Made by a program: the position numbers and the translations under genes. The notes beneath the pieces are model-generated. The model did not search any database. It was not told where the DNA came from and saw only the letters and a list, made by a program, of their open reading frames with translations. A stretch of 64,000 bases of DNA from an archaeon (GTDB lineage: Archaea; Thermoproteota; Nitrososphaeria; Nitrososphaerales; JACAEJ01), in NCBI GenBank assembly GCA_024256285.1, contig JACGUG010000002.1, forward strand, positions 7,427-71,426, in the 5' to 3' direction. This document shows, one piece after another, positions 1 through 9,559 of the stretch; within the stretch, counting starts at the first letter, position 1, and every line of letters starts with the position of its first letter.

Positions 1-355
1 AAAGGTCAACCCTCTTGCTTCCGTACTTCTTCCAAAGTATGCGCACAACTTCATCGCCAGATTTCTTGACTTCTTCCCATAGGAACTCTACTTCTTCACT
101 GTAGACCTTTTCAGACTCGCATTTGTTGCAAGCAGTCAAGAAATTATGTAGTTTGAGGATAAGAGGTGAGCTCACCAACTTTAGGATTTCTGAATTTATA
201 TTCACTTCCTCTATTATGGCTCCATGAACTTTAAAGGCACCCCCAAGGATGTCCTTCAGGAGCACATGATCGCCACTAACTTTTGCGTAGATTATATCCT
301 CTCCAACTTCTTGCTCTTTTTCACCTATCTTATTGATGACCTTAAGTTCGCACAA
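1..355 (-). CDS. CooT-like nickel-binding domain protein, partial (C-terminus runs off the window start)
   Basis: Hand translation of the minus strand from TTG at 355-353 gives M-CELKVINKIGEKEQEVGEDIIYAKVSGDHVLLKDILGGAFKVHGAIIEEVNINSEILKLV... The N-terminal Met-Cys-Glu and overall pattern resemble the CooT family. At least 55 further residues follow (..ACNKCESEKVYSEEVEFLWEEVKK..). It is absent from the ORF track because no stop lies inside the window. It sits directly downstream of the AOR gene. Confidence 0.45.
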   Translation of the reverse strand, partial: MCELKVINKIGEKEQEVGEDIIYAKVSGDHVLLKDILGGAFKVHGAIIEEVNINSEILKLVSSPLILKLHNFLTACNKCESEKVYSEEVEFLWEEVKKSGDEVVRILWKKYGSKRVDL

Positions 356-401
356 GGCTCTCCACTATAATATCTTGAGGGAGTGATCAAATATTTAATG
401 G

Positions 402-2207
402 TTAACCCTCAAAAGAGAGAAGTTCTTTTAATGCCTTCTCCTCTGGTCGTAACTGAAGCCCCTCACTCTCCCTTTTGTGGATGTAAAATTTTATTATGCT
501 TTGCATCTTTTCAGCATCAAGCTTTTTGTGGGGTGTCTGCATACTATAGACCCTACCAGGTATCTTCTGATCTGTCAATTCGAACCCTTCCTGAATCTTA
601 AATTTATAGAGGTTATGGAATATCTCCTTGCCTAACTGCATCAAACCTTCTGGAGTCTGGTCTATCCCCATGATCTTAAGAACTTCGCAGACTACTTCTT
701 TTGTATAGATTTTTCGAGCAAAGTAGCACGTTCCTAAAGAGTAAAGTACGTATAACCAGTCCTCTTGATTGATCAAAAACTTTGCGATCTGCTCAGGACC
801 GATGGGCTGATTCAAGGCCATTTGATCTATGCTGTAACCAGAATTACTGAGGTGAGAGTGGCGGGCACCTACTAACTGTCCTGCTATAGTACCATAACCA
901 GTAGCGTATCCAGCTAGCCCATTTCTGCCCACGATCATAGCGAACTCTTCTCCACCGTACTTTTCAGAAGCCACATCCAAGCCCTGAGCCAGCTTAGTAT
1001 AGAAAGGATTCTTCAGATCGACCATATTATCGATAATCTGTAGGTATGCTCCAACATCGCTCCATCTAGGTTCTATCCCTAAAGTGTCATCGAGATTGAT
1101 TATACCTTCTTCAAAGGCTTCTGTAACCCATGCCAAGACAGTCCCAACCATCATAGCATCTAAGCCAAGGCATTCACAACGATATATAAGGCGGAGTAAA
1201 TGGCTCGGTTCGTTTATGAGAAGGTTGCTTCCTAAAGCATACATAGGCTCATAGTTGTAAGGGACGAGCACTTTCTCAGAGAATATCTCCTTTCTGCCTT
1301 TCTCATGTTCAGGGGCAAAGCCTGTCTTCAATTCAGCTAGGTGTATACATGCTACCGGACAACCGGGGCATGAAATCTTTCTCTCCAAAGAAGACTCAGC
1401 CATGGCCTCGCCAGATATCCTCTCAGCGCCTCTGAACCTCGACTCTTTGAAGTTACGGCTAGGCAAAGCCCCTCGTTCATTCAGTTCGAGTACGTTGGCC
1501 GAAGTCCCGAGGTTATGATACTTCAACATATTTTCGCTATTGACAACTTCATCGTATAACTTCTTATACATCTCCTTTACAGCAAGGGGGTCTTCTAAAG
1601 GAATTTCCCCTGTACCATTTATCGAGATGGCTTTCAGCTTCTTGCTACCAAAGATCGCACCAAGACCGAGCCTTCCAAAGTGGTGAAACCTATCTACTAT
1701 AACGTTTCCATAATATATCAATCTCTCCCCAGCCCGTCCACAACTTATTACGCTCTGAATACCTTCGTAATGTTCTCTAAGGGTTTTTTCAACGTCTAAC
1801 GGAGATAGACCCCAAAGGGAATCGGCCCTCTCTACCTTCACATCATCGTCTACGATCTTTATCATGACTGGGTTCTCCGATGCTCCATGAACCACCAAAA
1901 CATCATAACCAGCAAATCTAAGCGCACTTGCAAGATGTCCCCCAGAATAGGATTCGCCCAAATTTTTAGTCAAAGGAGACTTGAACATGGCCACAGTCTT
2001 GACCATACATGGAAATATCCCGACCAGATACCCTGCTGCAAAGATTATAGGAGACTCAGGGGAGAAAGGGTCGGTGCCTGGTTTAGTTTCTTCAATAATA
2101 AGCTTTGAGGCGACTCCTGGGCCACCAAGATATTTTGAGAAGAGGTCTGGTCTCTCGATCACCTTGCTCGATCTTTCAGTGAGATCCACATAAAGGATAC
2201 TGTTCAA
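402..2207 (-). CDS. aor: tungsten-type aldehyde:ferredoxin oxidoreductase (AOR family)
   Basis: 601 aa. The N-terminus is ILYVDLTERSS..YLGGPGVASK. It has the CPGCPVAC Fe-S motif and AOR family length and architecture. Confidence 0.9.
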   Translation of the reverse strand: MNSILYVDLTERSSKVIERPDLFSKYLGGPGVASKLIIEETKPGTDPFSPESPIIFAAGYLVGIFPCMVKTVAMFKSPLTKNLGESYSGGHLASALRFAGYDVLVVHGASENPVMIKIVDDDVKVERADSLWGLSPLDVEKTLREHYEGIQSVISCGRAGERLIYYGNVIVDRFHHFGRLGLGAIFGSKKLKAISINGTGEIPLEDPLAVKEMYKKLYDEVVNSENMLKYHNLGTSANVLELNERGALPSRNFKESRFRGAERISGEAMAESSLERKISCPGCPVACIHLAELKTGFAPEHEKGRKEIFSEKVLVPYNYEPMYALGSNLLINEPSHLLRLIYRCECLGLDAMMVGTVLAWVTEAFEEGIINLDDTLGIEPRWSDVGAYLQIIDNMVDLKNPFYTKLAQGLDVASEKYGGEEFAMIVGRNGLAGYATGYGTIAGQLVGARHSHLSNSGYSIDQMALNQPIGPEQIAKFLINQEDWLYVLYSLGTCYFARKIYTKEVVCEVLKIMGIDQTPEGLMQLGKEIFHNLYKFKIQEGFELTDQKIPGRVYSMQTPHKKLDAEKMQSIIKFYIHKRESEGLQLRPEEKALKELLSFEG

Positions 2208-2621
2208 TCACTTCATCTCCTCATACTTGAACACGTTATGGGGGCAGTACTTCGCACAATCTCCACACTTATCACATATAACTGGAAACTTCGTCTTCTT
2301 GTCTAAAGCCAATGCCCGAATAGCACAGGCAGTTATGCAGTCAAAAGTCTCACACCCTTCACATCTGGATGTGATGAGCATTATCCCACCCTCTGGCAAG
2401 GGCTGTAAAGCATCTTTAGGGCAGGCTTCTGCACACTCCGGAGTTTTACAGAATCTACATGTTACTGGCATAAAAGGATTTGCAAGAGACCCTTCTGTCC
2501 TCAAAAAGACCGCTGTTCTAGACGGATCGACCGTGTTGAAGAGATGCCTTGAACATGCATAGACACAACTGTAGCAACCTATGCACCTTTCAGGACGGAC
2601 AACTTCTATGCGAAACCTCAA
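2208..2621 (-). CDS. 4Fe-4S polyferredoxin (electron-transfer partner)
   Basis: 137 aa with four Cys clusters: CIGCYSCVYAC, CRFCKTPECAEACP, CEGCETFDCITAC and CDKCGDCAKYCP. It abuts the aor start with no gap. Confidence 0.85.
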   Translation of the reverse strand: MRFRIEVVRPERCIGCYSCVYACSRHLFNTVDPSRTAVFLRTEGSLANPFMPVTCRFCKTPECAEACPKDALQPLPEGGIMLITSRCEGCETFDCITACAIRALALDKKTKFPVICDKCGDCAKYCPHNVFKYEEMK

Positions 2622-2629
2622 TTATTCAC

Positions 2630-4072
2630 CTAGCCAACTGCCCAATTCTTAGCAAGGAAACCTTTGATCTGTGATGAATCTCTTGGACCTACAAGAACTT
2701 CCCAATTGGTTGTATCCTCTATATCTCCTTTCAGCCTCGCTGCTAGACCAGGGATTATCAGCTTATGATGTTTTACCTTTTCTTCTATGCCCACAGATGA
2801 AAATAAGTCTTTTACACCCGCTGAAGTAAGCTGCCCCCCTGCTACAGAGACCTCTACAGCCAACCCCTCAGTATCCACCACAAGTAGGTAGCAATCTATC
2901 CCTGAAGACTCGATATCGTTAGCCACTGTATAGTATGTGAGGGAAAAATTCGTAGTCAGCAATACAGGCGACTCTGCCTTGGGCGATCCTATAGTACGAA
3001 GGCCTGCCTCTACTGAGACAGGTTTTCTTGGATCGGTATAGATATTTTGCCTCAAAGTGAGTACTGGAAGAAGCGACCATACATCCAAAGTATGCATGAT
3101 AAGTAGATCTGCATACCTATTCATGAATAATGAAGCCATATACGCTTCTCTGTAGGAGGTAGTCATAGGGTCCAGTTTATCACTTATCCAAACGGTTGCT
3201 GGTATGGCCATAACAGGATAGCCTACATCTTTGTCTCTCCTCTGGATGGCTGCCCTGCGTACCATAACCAGATTGTTGATAGTCTCCTTCAAGAGTCTGC
3301 CCTCTGTATAGGCGCCTAAATCCATCACCATATCATGGATACCCATAGCCTTTAAAGTCTTGATCAAAGATTTGAGCAATGTTATGTTGTTGGGCGCAAA
3401 GACAGCTACGGGGCAGTCATACTGCTTGGAAAGTTCTGAGACTTCTTTCCAATTATCTTCTGTGGCAGCGTATAGTAGAGGCCTTTTATCCGCTACCTCT
3501 CCTTTCTCTAATGCAACTTTCAAGACCTTAGGCTCGAAGGAGCACAAGATCAAGGGGAGTTTACAGCTCCTTTCTATAAGAGACGTGACAAAAGCAAATC
3601 TATCAGGGTCTTTGGATGCACATCTCACAGCTATCATATCCAGCTTGAGACGCTCCCCTATCCTGACTAAAGTAAAAGCCTCTACTGCTTTACATATCTC
3701 TACTATCTTCTTGTCATCCATCTTATCGCTGACATCTATAGCTATCGCTGTAGGGTTATGGTAAGTAAGTTTATGTCTATACATGACCTCCTCCCCCCCT
3801 ATCTTTACCATATTCTCTCCTACACCTATAGCTACCTCTTTGATCGGTGGGGCGAGCAACTCAGCCAATCGAGCCATCTGCTCCTTGTACTTGAGATCCT
3901 TCAAAGGAGGGCAATCTTCTGGGGTAGCCTCCCTGTTCAGAAGCTTCGAGGCAAAGACCATGCAACTCGGTACGCCACATTCTCCACAGTTTATCTGGGG
4001 GAGGTAGCGGTAGACTGTCAGTAGAGTTGCTTTTTCAGACATAATCTTCACCCTTCTATCTCTGTTATCCAA
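2630..4072 (-). CDS. cdhE: CODH/ACS gamma subunit (corrinoid Fe-S protein, large subunit)
   Basis: 480 aa. The N-terminal 4Fe-4S motif is LPQINCGECGVPSCMVFASKLL. The start may be the internal Met (MSEKAT, 4042). Confidence 0.88.
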   Translation of the reverse strand: MDNRDRRVKIMSEKATLLTVYRYLPQINCGECGVPSCMVFASKLLNREATPEDCPPLKDLKYKEQMARLAELLAPPIKEVAIGVGENMVKIGGEEVMYRHKLTYHNPTAIAIDVSDKMDDKKIVEICKAVEAFTLVRIGERLKLDMIAVRCASKDPDRFAFVTSLIERSCKLPLILCSFEPKVLKVALEKGEVADKRPLLYAATEDNWKEVSELSKQYDCPVAVFAPNNITLLKSLIKTLKAMGIHDMVMDLGAYTEGRLLKETINNLVMVRRAAIQRRDKDVGYPVMAIPATVWISDKLDPMTTSYREAYMASLFMNRYADLLIMHTLDVWSLLPVLTLRQNIYTDPRKPVSVEAGLRTIGSPKAESPVLLTTNFSLTYYTVANDIESSGIDCYLLVVDTEGLAVEVSVAGGQLTSAGVKDLFSSVGIEEKVKHHKLIIPGLAARLKGDIEDTTNWEVLVGPRDSSQIKGFLAKNWAVG

Positions 4073-5253
4073 TCTTGAATTCTCTGTTCACTATCGACTT
4101 CTCCATAAAGAGCCTGTATCAGCTTCCTCACAACTCTAACAGTAGCAGGGTGGCTCAGCATGAAAAGGTCGGCGCCAGACACCATAACCGTAATCGTTGT
4201 TATCGTCTCCCAAAGAGGCCCCCTGAACTCTCTGGGTCCCCACTCTTCAGACTTCATCCAAGCCTCTCTTGCACCCCAAGCATTACTCGATGGAGCAACT
4301 ATGGGCATCTGTAGATCGGAATCTCCGAGCAGGCCTGCGAGCTTGATCCTCTCCATCAAGCTAAGAGTGTAATCGAGTCCGTAACCAAGGGCTGCAGTCG
4401 TCGGATCCATTATTATCTGTTCCTTTGGGAGGCCCTCGTCTAGAAGATACCTGTTGAGTTTCTTCTGGTTGTTGATATCCATCGGCGTAAAAGCGATTAC
4501 TGCATGACCGTACTGCTTAGCTGCCTTTACTATCCTTTTATAGTCGTTATCTACATTCGCAGAGTTCAGGACACATCTTTCACCACTCAATACTTCAGCC
4601 GCAGCCTCTAGCACCAAAGGATCTTTAGCCTTGTTCCCTGATCCACCTATTATCAATGGTACATCTACTGCTTGCAAGACTTGCTCAACTGTCTTGGCAG
4701 CATCCTTTGGAGATGTATCCTTTATCAGTGGATCGGTGCTTATGAGGTTAAGGGAGATGATATCTGCATCAAAATCTTCTACATATTTCTTTGCCCAATC
4801 AGCGGGATCGGCCATAACGTCTTTGAAGTGTTGTTTGACTGCTTTTGCCAGTGTTATAGGCATATCGAATACATCCACAGCCAGGACAGGTTTATTCTGG
4901 TTCGTAGCTTCGAAGCTGTAGAAGGGCATGGTCTTGGCCCCGCCTATCTTTATGACCTTCCTCCTAGAGCCCCCATCAGACTTCGTAGCTCCTATCTGGA
5001 CCTCAGCTATTTCCCCCGGGTATACCTCGATCGGTGGAGAGAACTCTGCTTCAAGTAGGGCTTCGATCTCCTTTTCCACAACTCTTGGTACTAACTGGGG
5101 TGCCTGTGCTAAAGAGCTGATAACCGGCTGGATGAGGAATGTGAGCTCTTCAGCCCTGATCTCGACATTATCGAGCTCTATATCCCCAAACTTCTCTAAC
5201 AACTCGATTAGATTCTTCCCTAATATCCTTGCCTCCTTCTCTCCCATAATCAT
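4048..5253 (-). CDS. cdhD: CODH/ACS delta subunit (corrinoid protein, small subunit)
   Basis: 401 aa. It lies between cdhC and cdhE, has TIM-barrel-like CdhD length and layout, and is tightly packed with its neighbours. Confidence 0.8.
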   Translation of the reverse strand: MIMGEKEARILGKNLIELLEKFGDIELDNVEIRAEELTFLIQPVISSLAQAPQLVPRVVEKEIEALLEAEFSPPIEVYPGEIAEVQIGATKSDGGSRRKVIKIGGAKTMPFYSFEATNQNKPVLAVDVFDMPITLAKAVKQHFKDVMADPADWAKKYVEDFDADIISLNLISTDPLIKDTSPKDAAKTVEQVLQAVDVPLIIGGSGNKAKDPLVLEAAAEVLSGERCVLNSANVDNDYKRIVKAAKQYGHAVIAFTPMDINNQKKLNRYLLDEGLPKEQIIMDPTTAALGYGLDYTLSLMERIKLAGLLGDSDLQMPIVAPSSNAWGAREAWMKSEEWGPREFRGPLWETITTITVMVSGADLFMLSHPATVRVVRKLIQALYGEVDSEQRIQDWITEIEG

Positions 5254-5258
5254 CTCCC

Positions 5259-6689
5259 TTACTTCTTCTCACGTTTTATGATTACCTTCTCAGCCACTAT
5301 CCTGGCATTCTTCAGGATTATTCTAAACCCGCCTTGAGTGGGTATTTCAATACTCATAGGGGCTGAAACAGGTGGTGCAACCTCAAGAGCCTCTTCCTTA
5401 ATCTCTTCTTCAGCAACTTCCTTCGTTTCCCATCTACTCACTACGGGATGGTTCTTGCTCTTTAGAAACTCTTTAAGCTCCTCTATTGTTTTACATTCAG
5501 CTTCCGTACATATCTTTTCACTTAGATTCTCTGGTATGGCATCCTTCAACCTTTCTTTGATCTGGGAAGGCATCCAGACGACTCTCTCCCATCCCCCATC
5601 GGCCTGAAGGAATTTTGGAGAGCGTAGGTACTCTACCGATACGCCATTAAAGCCTGGGTTTTGAGTTCCCCCGCCTGTATGGCCTGCCATAATAGAGAAA
5701 GGTATACCGTTAATAGAAGGCCCTCTAAAGTCACGATGTACTACCCCTACTCCATCGACCTCAGGTATGTAGAAAGCTATGGCTTCAAAGCAACCACAAG
5801 AAGTGTGAGGGTGGTCGAACATACTATATAGAGAGACAGATTCTATGCCCCCCAGTGACTTCTCTTGGGCAACTTTATTGACACCTTCATAGATACCCTT
5901 TACAGGGTCTAAGCATTCGCCTTTAGGTATAGGGAAGTTCGGACCTTTGGGATCCACGTCATATGCAGCTCTAGCATCGAACCAGCTTATGGACCCACAT
6001 GAAGCCATTCTGTTGGGGGTTATGACACATACATGGGTAGGCGCAAAGGACTGACACATCACGCATGCATAAAAATCATCGACATCTTCGTCCTTCAAGG
6101 TTCTGGTTCTTGTATCTCTTTTATCCCAAACATCCATGGCCATAGGAAAGAGCTCTTCGATCTTGGCTTTGTCTGTGTAGATCGTCACCTGAACCTTCTC
6201 TATTACAGGAAAGCTAGACTTGAAGAGCCATGCAAGAATCTTTCCTATATAGACTAAAGATTTCAAACCCTTCTGATAAGATTTCTTGGTTATCCTTATC
6301 CAGATATCGTATCTCTGATTGAGATGCATTACGCCTTCGATATAGTTCAAGAAATAATGGATCTTTCTCTCCAAGACTCCCTCTAGGTCTTTCTCCACCT
6401 TGGCGCCAGCGACCTCCAGCAATATACCTATCGGATAACTGCCCCCAGGTTCCAGATCTGGCAGGTTAGGTCCTATAACTGTAACCTTTCCATCCTCTAC
6501 TTGGTCTGCAGGTCTTGATAGGGCCAACTCCCACTTCTTCTCGACTTTCATACCACCGAACTCAAGGTACATGTCGGGTTTGCGAACTCTTTCCCCTTCA
6601 TAGATCTCTCCGACATCGACGGGAAACTCTGGTCTCACAAGTCCCATTGGCTCAGTTTTAATTTCATCTACCTTAGATGAACCGCTCAT
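5259..6689 (-). CDS. cdhC: CODH/ACS beta subunit (archaeal-type acetyl-CoA synthase, A-cluster)
   Basis: 476 aa, the archaeal short form. It carries the A-cluster region FYACVMCQSFAPTHVCVITPNRMASCGSISWFDARAA and ..HTSCGCFE. Confidence 0.9.
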   Translation of the reverse strand: MSGSSKVDEIKTEPMGLVRPEFPVDVGEIYEGERVRKPDMYLEFGGMKVEKKWELALSRPADQVEDGKVTVIGPNLPDLEPGGSYPIGILLEVAGAKVEKDLEGVLERKIHYFLNYIEGVMHLNQRYDIWIRITKKSYQKGLKSLVYIGKILAWLFKSSFPVIEKVQVTIYTDKAKIEELFPMAMDVWDKRDTRTRTLKDEDVDDFYACVMCQSFAPTHVCVITPNRMASCGSISWFDARAAYDVDPKGPNFPIPKGECLDPVKGIYEGVNKVAQEKSLGGIESVSLYSMFDHPHTSCGCFEAIAFYIPEVDGVGVVHRDFRGPSINGIPFSIMAGHTGGGTQNPGFNGVSVEYLRSPKFLQADGGWERVVWMPSQIKERLKDAIPENLSEKICTEAECKTIEELKEFLKSKNHPVVSRWETKEVAEEEIKEEALEVAPPVSAPMSIEIPTQGGFRIILKNARIVAEKVIIKREKK

Positions 6690-6725
6690 CTAGATTACCC
6701 ACTCTTTTGGAGTTATTTCATCACT

Positions 6726-6857
6726 TTAATAACGGTGTTTTTTAAGGTTTTTGCACTCATAAAGCATGGAATCGACACGATCTTCTACCAGTAGCTTGAG
6801 TCCTCTGATCTTGGCGAAGCTCGATCCCAGATCTTCGACCGGTGATTTGGCACTCAT
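6726..6857 (-). CDS. candidate 43-aa small protein upstream of cdhC
   Basis: Hand translation gives MSAKSPVEDLGSSFAKIRGLKLLVEDRVDSMLYECKNLKKHRY, ending in TAA. A GGAG sits 6 nt upstream of the ATG (6864-6867). It ends 36 nt before the cdhC start. It is below the ORF-track size cut-off. Confidence 0.25.
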   Translation of the reverse strand: MSAKSPVEDLGSSFAKIRGLKLLVEDRVDSMLYECKNLKKHRY

Positions 6858-6896
6858 TCTGATCTCCTCTATAATTGCATTAAATCTTAAAACCTG

Positions 6897-6907
6897 TTTA
6901 TTTTATT
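6897..6907 (-). promoter_or_regulatory. candidate TATA-like element for the cdh operon
   Basis: The minus strand reads AATAAAATAAA 40-50 nt upstream of the ATG at 6857. This is the only long intergenic region upstream of the operon. Confidence 0.25.
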
Positions 6908-7270
6908 GAGAACCTTAACACATTTTGGTAAAGTGGTAGTTTTTGTCCTTTCTATGGTTTTATCTACCATATTAATGATTGTAGATTCACAATAATAAGC
7001 TTTTCGCATAGTTGACATTTCATTAAAAAACTTCCTAGAGTAGTTAAGAGTCGATGTAACCACATTCCATTAAATGGTGACTTAAGCAAGAAGGTATGGG
7101 ATATCGATCTGTCAAATTTTTACAGAGCATTTAACCTAGCATAGGAGCACTGTAGGATAGATGGTATGGACTGGATGCCATCAAAAGAGCTTTCAAGGGG
7201 ATCGTTCTTATCGAAAAATAGCATATTAACAAAAATTATTAAAGGCTGGATGAAAAACTGTTAAACTTGA

Positions 7271-8185
7271 ATGAGAGATCTCATAATAATAGGTTCAGGG
7301 CCTGCGGGCTTGACGGCTGCCATTTATGCTGGTAGGGTTAACCTAAAACCTCTTGTTATTGCAGGACGTCAACCTGGCGGGCAGTTGATGCTTACTGGTG
7401 AAGTTGAGAACTATCCTGGCTTTCCTGATGGAGTTCAAGGTCCTGAGTTGATAGATAGGATGAGGAAGCAGGCTGAGCGCTTTGGTGCAGAATTTATAGA
7501 CGATGACGTTACATCCGTGAATTTCTCTTCCCGTCCATTTGAGGTAAGAGTTGGCGATGAAGTGTATAAGGCGAAGTCTGTAATAATCGCAACAGGGGCA
7601 TCAGCGAAGTGGCTAGGCTTGGATTCTGAGAAGAGACTTAAGGGGAGGGGGGTATCCACATGCTCTGTCTGTGATGGTTTCTTCTTCAAGGACAAGGATG
7701 TAGTAGTTATAGGTGGTGGAGATCCTGCTATGTATGAAGCCTTAGACCTCACAAAGTTTGCAAGAAAAGTCGAAGTCATCCATTGGGGAGATAAACTTAG
7801 GGCCAACAAGATACTGCAAGAAAGAGCCCTTAAGAGTGAGAAGATACACTTCAGGTGGAACAGCGTTGTAGAGGAGATCTTGGGCGACGATACAGTAGAG
7901 GGTGTGCTCACCAGAGATGTCAAGACTGGGGAGAGGCATAAACTAGAATGCCAAGGAGTCTTTATAGCCATCGGATACAAACCTAACACAGAGGTCTTCA
8001 AAGGTTGGATAGAGCTGGATGAGAGGGGGTATATAATCAGGAAGAATCGTACTGAAACCAATATCAGAGGCGTATTCGTGGCAGGAGACGTCTGTGACCG
8101 TCGATACAGGCAAGCTATCATAGCAGCAGCGATGGGTTGTCAAGCAGCCATAGATGCAGGGAAGTACCTAGAATCTTTAGAGTAA
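7271..8185 (+). CDS. trxB: thioredoxin-disulfide reductase
   Basis: 304 aa with GSGPAGLTAAIYA (FAD site), the redox CSVCDG motif and GGGDPAMYEA (NAD(P)H site). Confidence 0.9.
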   Translation: MRDLIIIGSGPAGLTAAIYAGRVNLKPLVIAGRQPGGQLMLTGEVENYPGFPDGVQGPELIDRMRKQAERFGAEFIDDDVTSVNFSSRPFEVRVGDEVYKAKSVIIATGASAKWLGLDSEKRLKGRGVSTCSVCDGFFFKDKDVVVIGGGDPAMYEALDLTKFARKVEVIHWGDKLRANKILQERALKSEKIHFRWNSVVEEILGDDTVEGVLTRDVKTGERHKLECQGVFIAIGYKPNTEVFKGWIELDERGYIIRKNRTETNIRGVFVAGDVCDRRYRQAIIAAAMGCQAAIDAGKYLESLE

Positions 8186-8249
8186 GGAAAGGGAAGTCTA
8201 CACGATATCCGATAAAGCTCTTATCGTTACACCATGAAATTGTCAAAAG

Positions 8250-8714
8250 TTACACAAGCCTGATCTCGTCCTCTTTGCTATCATACTTCAACAGGAGCCC
8301 ATGACGCCCCCACTCGATCACCCATTTGAGTATTTCCTCGCTATCAGATTCATAGAACCTTTCCCCTATTAAATTTAGGAGCTCCTCCTTTGTAACTACC
8401 TTCTCCTCTTTTTGGCTTATGAATTCTATAACTTCCTTAAAGGATTCCAGCATAAGAAGTCTCTCTCCAAGTTGCTTCTTTCTACCTCTGGTTCCTTCAC
8501 TCAAGAAGATCGAGCCCTCATCAGTGAGTTCAATGTCGCCCGATTCTACCCTTACAAACCCTAGAAGTTCAGCGGCATCAACAGCGGGCAAGAGGTCGTC
8601 CAACTCTAAGCTTAAGTCGTCAGCTATCTTGGCGATATCGACCCTACCACCAAAGTCCTCTAAGACTTCTAAGAGCCCTATAACATGACTGTAGTGAACT
8701 CTTGGAATAGACAT
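8250..8714 (-). CDS. stand-alone AAA-associated C-terminal domain protein (NitT/TauT ABC accessory)
   Basis: 154 aa. VIGLLEVLEDFGGRVDIAKIADDLSLELDDLLPAVDAAELLGFV matches my recollection of the domain usually fused to NitT/TauT ATPases. It lies directly downstream of the ATPase gene. Confidence 0.55.
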   Translation of the reverse strand: MSIPRVHYSHVIGLLEVLEDFGGRVDIAKIADDLSLELDDLLPAVDAAELLGFVRVESGDIELTDEGSIFLSEGTRGRKKQLGERLLMLESFKEVIEFISQKEEKVVTKEELLNLIGERFYESDSEEILKWVIEWGRHGLLLKYDSKEDEIRLV

Positions 8715-8767
8715 CCAGACTATAACTCCTTTTCCATAGATTTTAAGGTTATCCTCAACGCCACTCC

Positions 8768-9559
8768 CTATGCGATAAGGGATGTGATCTTGTCTGTCAA
8801 TTCGTATATGTATGGACTTCTCTTATCTCTTGGTCTTGGCATGTCCACATCGAATTCTAAGATCACAGTCCCAGGCCTTTGGCTCAAGACTATAACCCGA
8901 TCTGATAGGTAGATCGCTTCCTCAACATTATGTGTGACCATTATTACAATTTCTGGCGAAGTGAACTTGTCGCTCCATAGCCTTATTACCTCTTCTCTAA
9001 GGCCTTCAGCAGTGAGAGGATCAAGGGAGGAGAAAGGCTCATCCATCAGCAGAATCTCAGGATCGATAACTAAAGCTCTTGCCAAACCTACCCTCTGCTT
9101 CATGCCCCCAGATAGCTCCCTTGGGTAGGCATCTTCAAAGTCTTCCAGCCCTACCTCCTCTACGATCTTCAAAGCCCTCTTCTTTCTTTGTTCTTTAGGT
9201 ATGCCTTGAGCCTCTAAGCCAAGCTCAACATTCTCAAGTACAGTTAACCAAGGGAAGAGGGCAAAAGATTGAAAGACCATCGACATACGTGGATTTACGC
9301 TTTGAGTCCTCTCCCCCTTATAGATCACTTCACCCTTTGTTGGAGGTGTCAAGCCCATTATGATCCTGAGGAGAGTGGACTTGCCACATCCTGATGGCCC
9401 AACTATGGATATAAATTCATGTTCATGAATGGAAAAGCTGACATCCTTTAAGATCGAGGTTTTCTTGCCACGTTGGGTAAATTCCTTACTCACATTCCTT
9501 ACATCAAGAATCGGAGTGATTAATCTCTCTTTAGTACTCAATTCGATACCTCCCAACAA
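8768..9559 (-). CDS. ABC transporter ATP-binding protein (NitT/TauT family)
   Basis: Walker A GPSGCGKST, signature LSGGMKQRV and Walker B LLMDEPFS. Confidence 0.9.
   Translation of the reverse strand: MLGGIELSTKERLITPILDVRNVSKEFTQRGKKTSILKDVSFSIHEHEFISIVGPSGCGKSTLLRIIMGLTPPTKGEVIYKGERTQSVNPRMSMVFQSFALFPWLTVLENVELGLEAQGIPKEQRKKRALKIVEEVGLEDFEDAYPRELSGGMKQRVGLARALVIDPEILLMDEPFSSLDPLTAEGLREEVIRLWSDKFTSPEIVIMVTHNVEEAIYLSDRVIVLSQRPGTVILEFDVDMPRPRDKRSPYIYELTDKITSLIA

Noticed and set aside
7435-8121. 228-aa minus-strand ORF inside trxB, plus smaller ones at 7742 and 7943.
   Set aside because: It is antisense to a gene with clear trxB motifs. The translation is low-complexity and S/L/P-rich, as expected for a shadow ORF.
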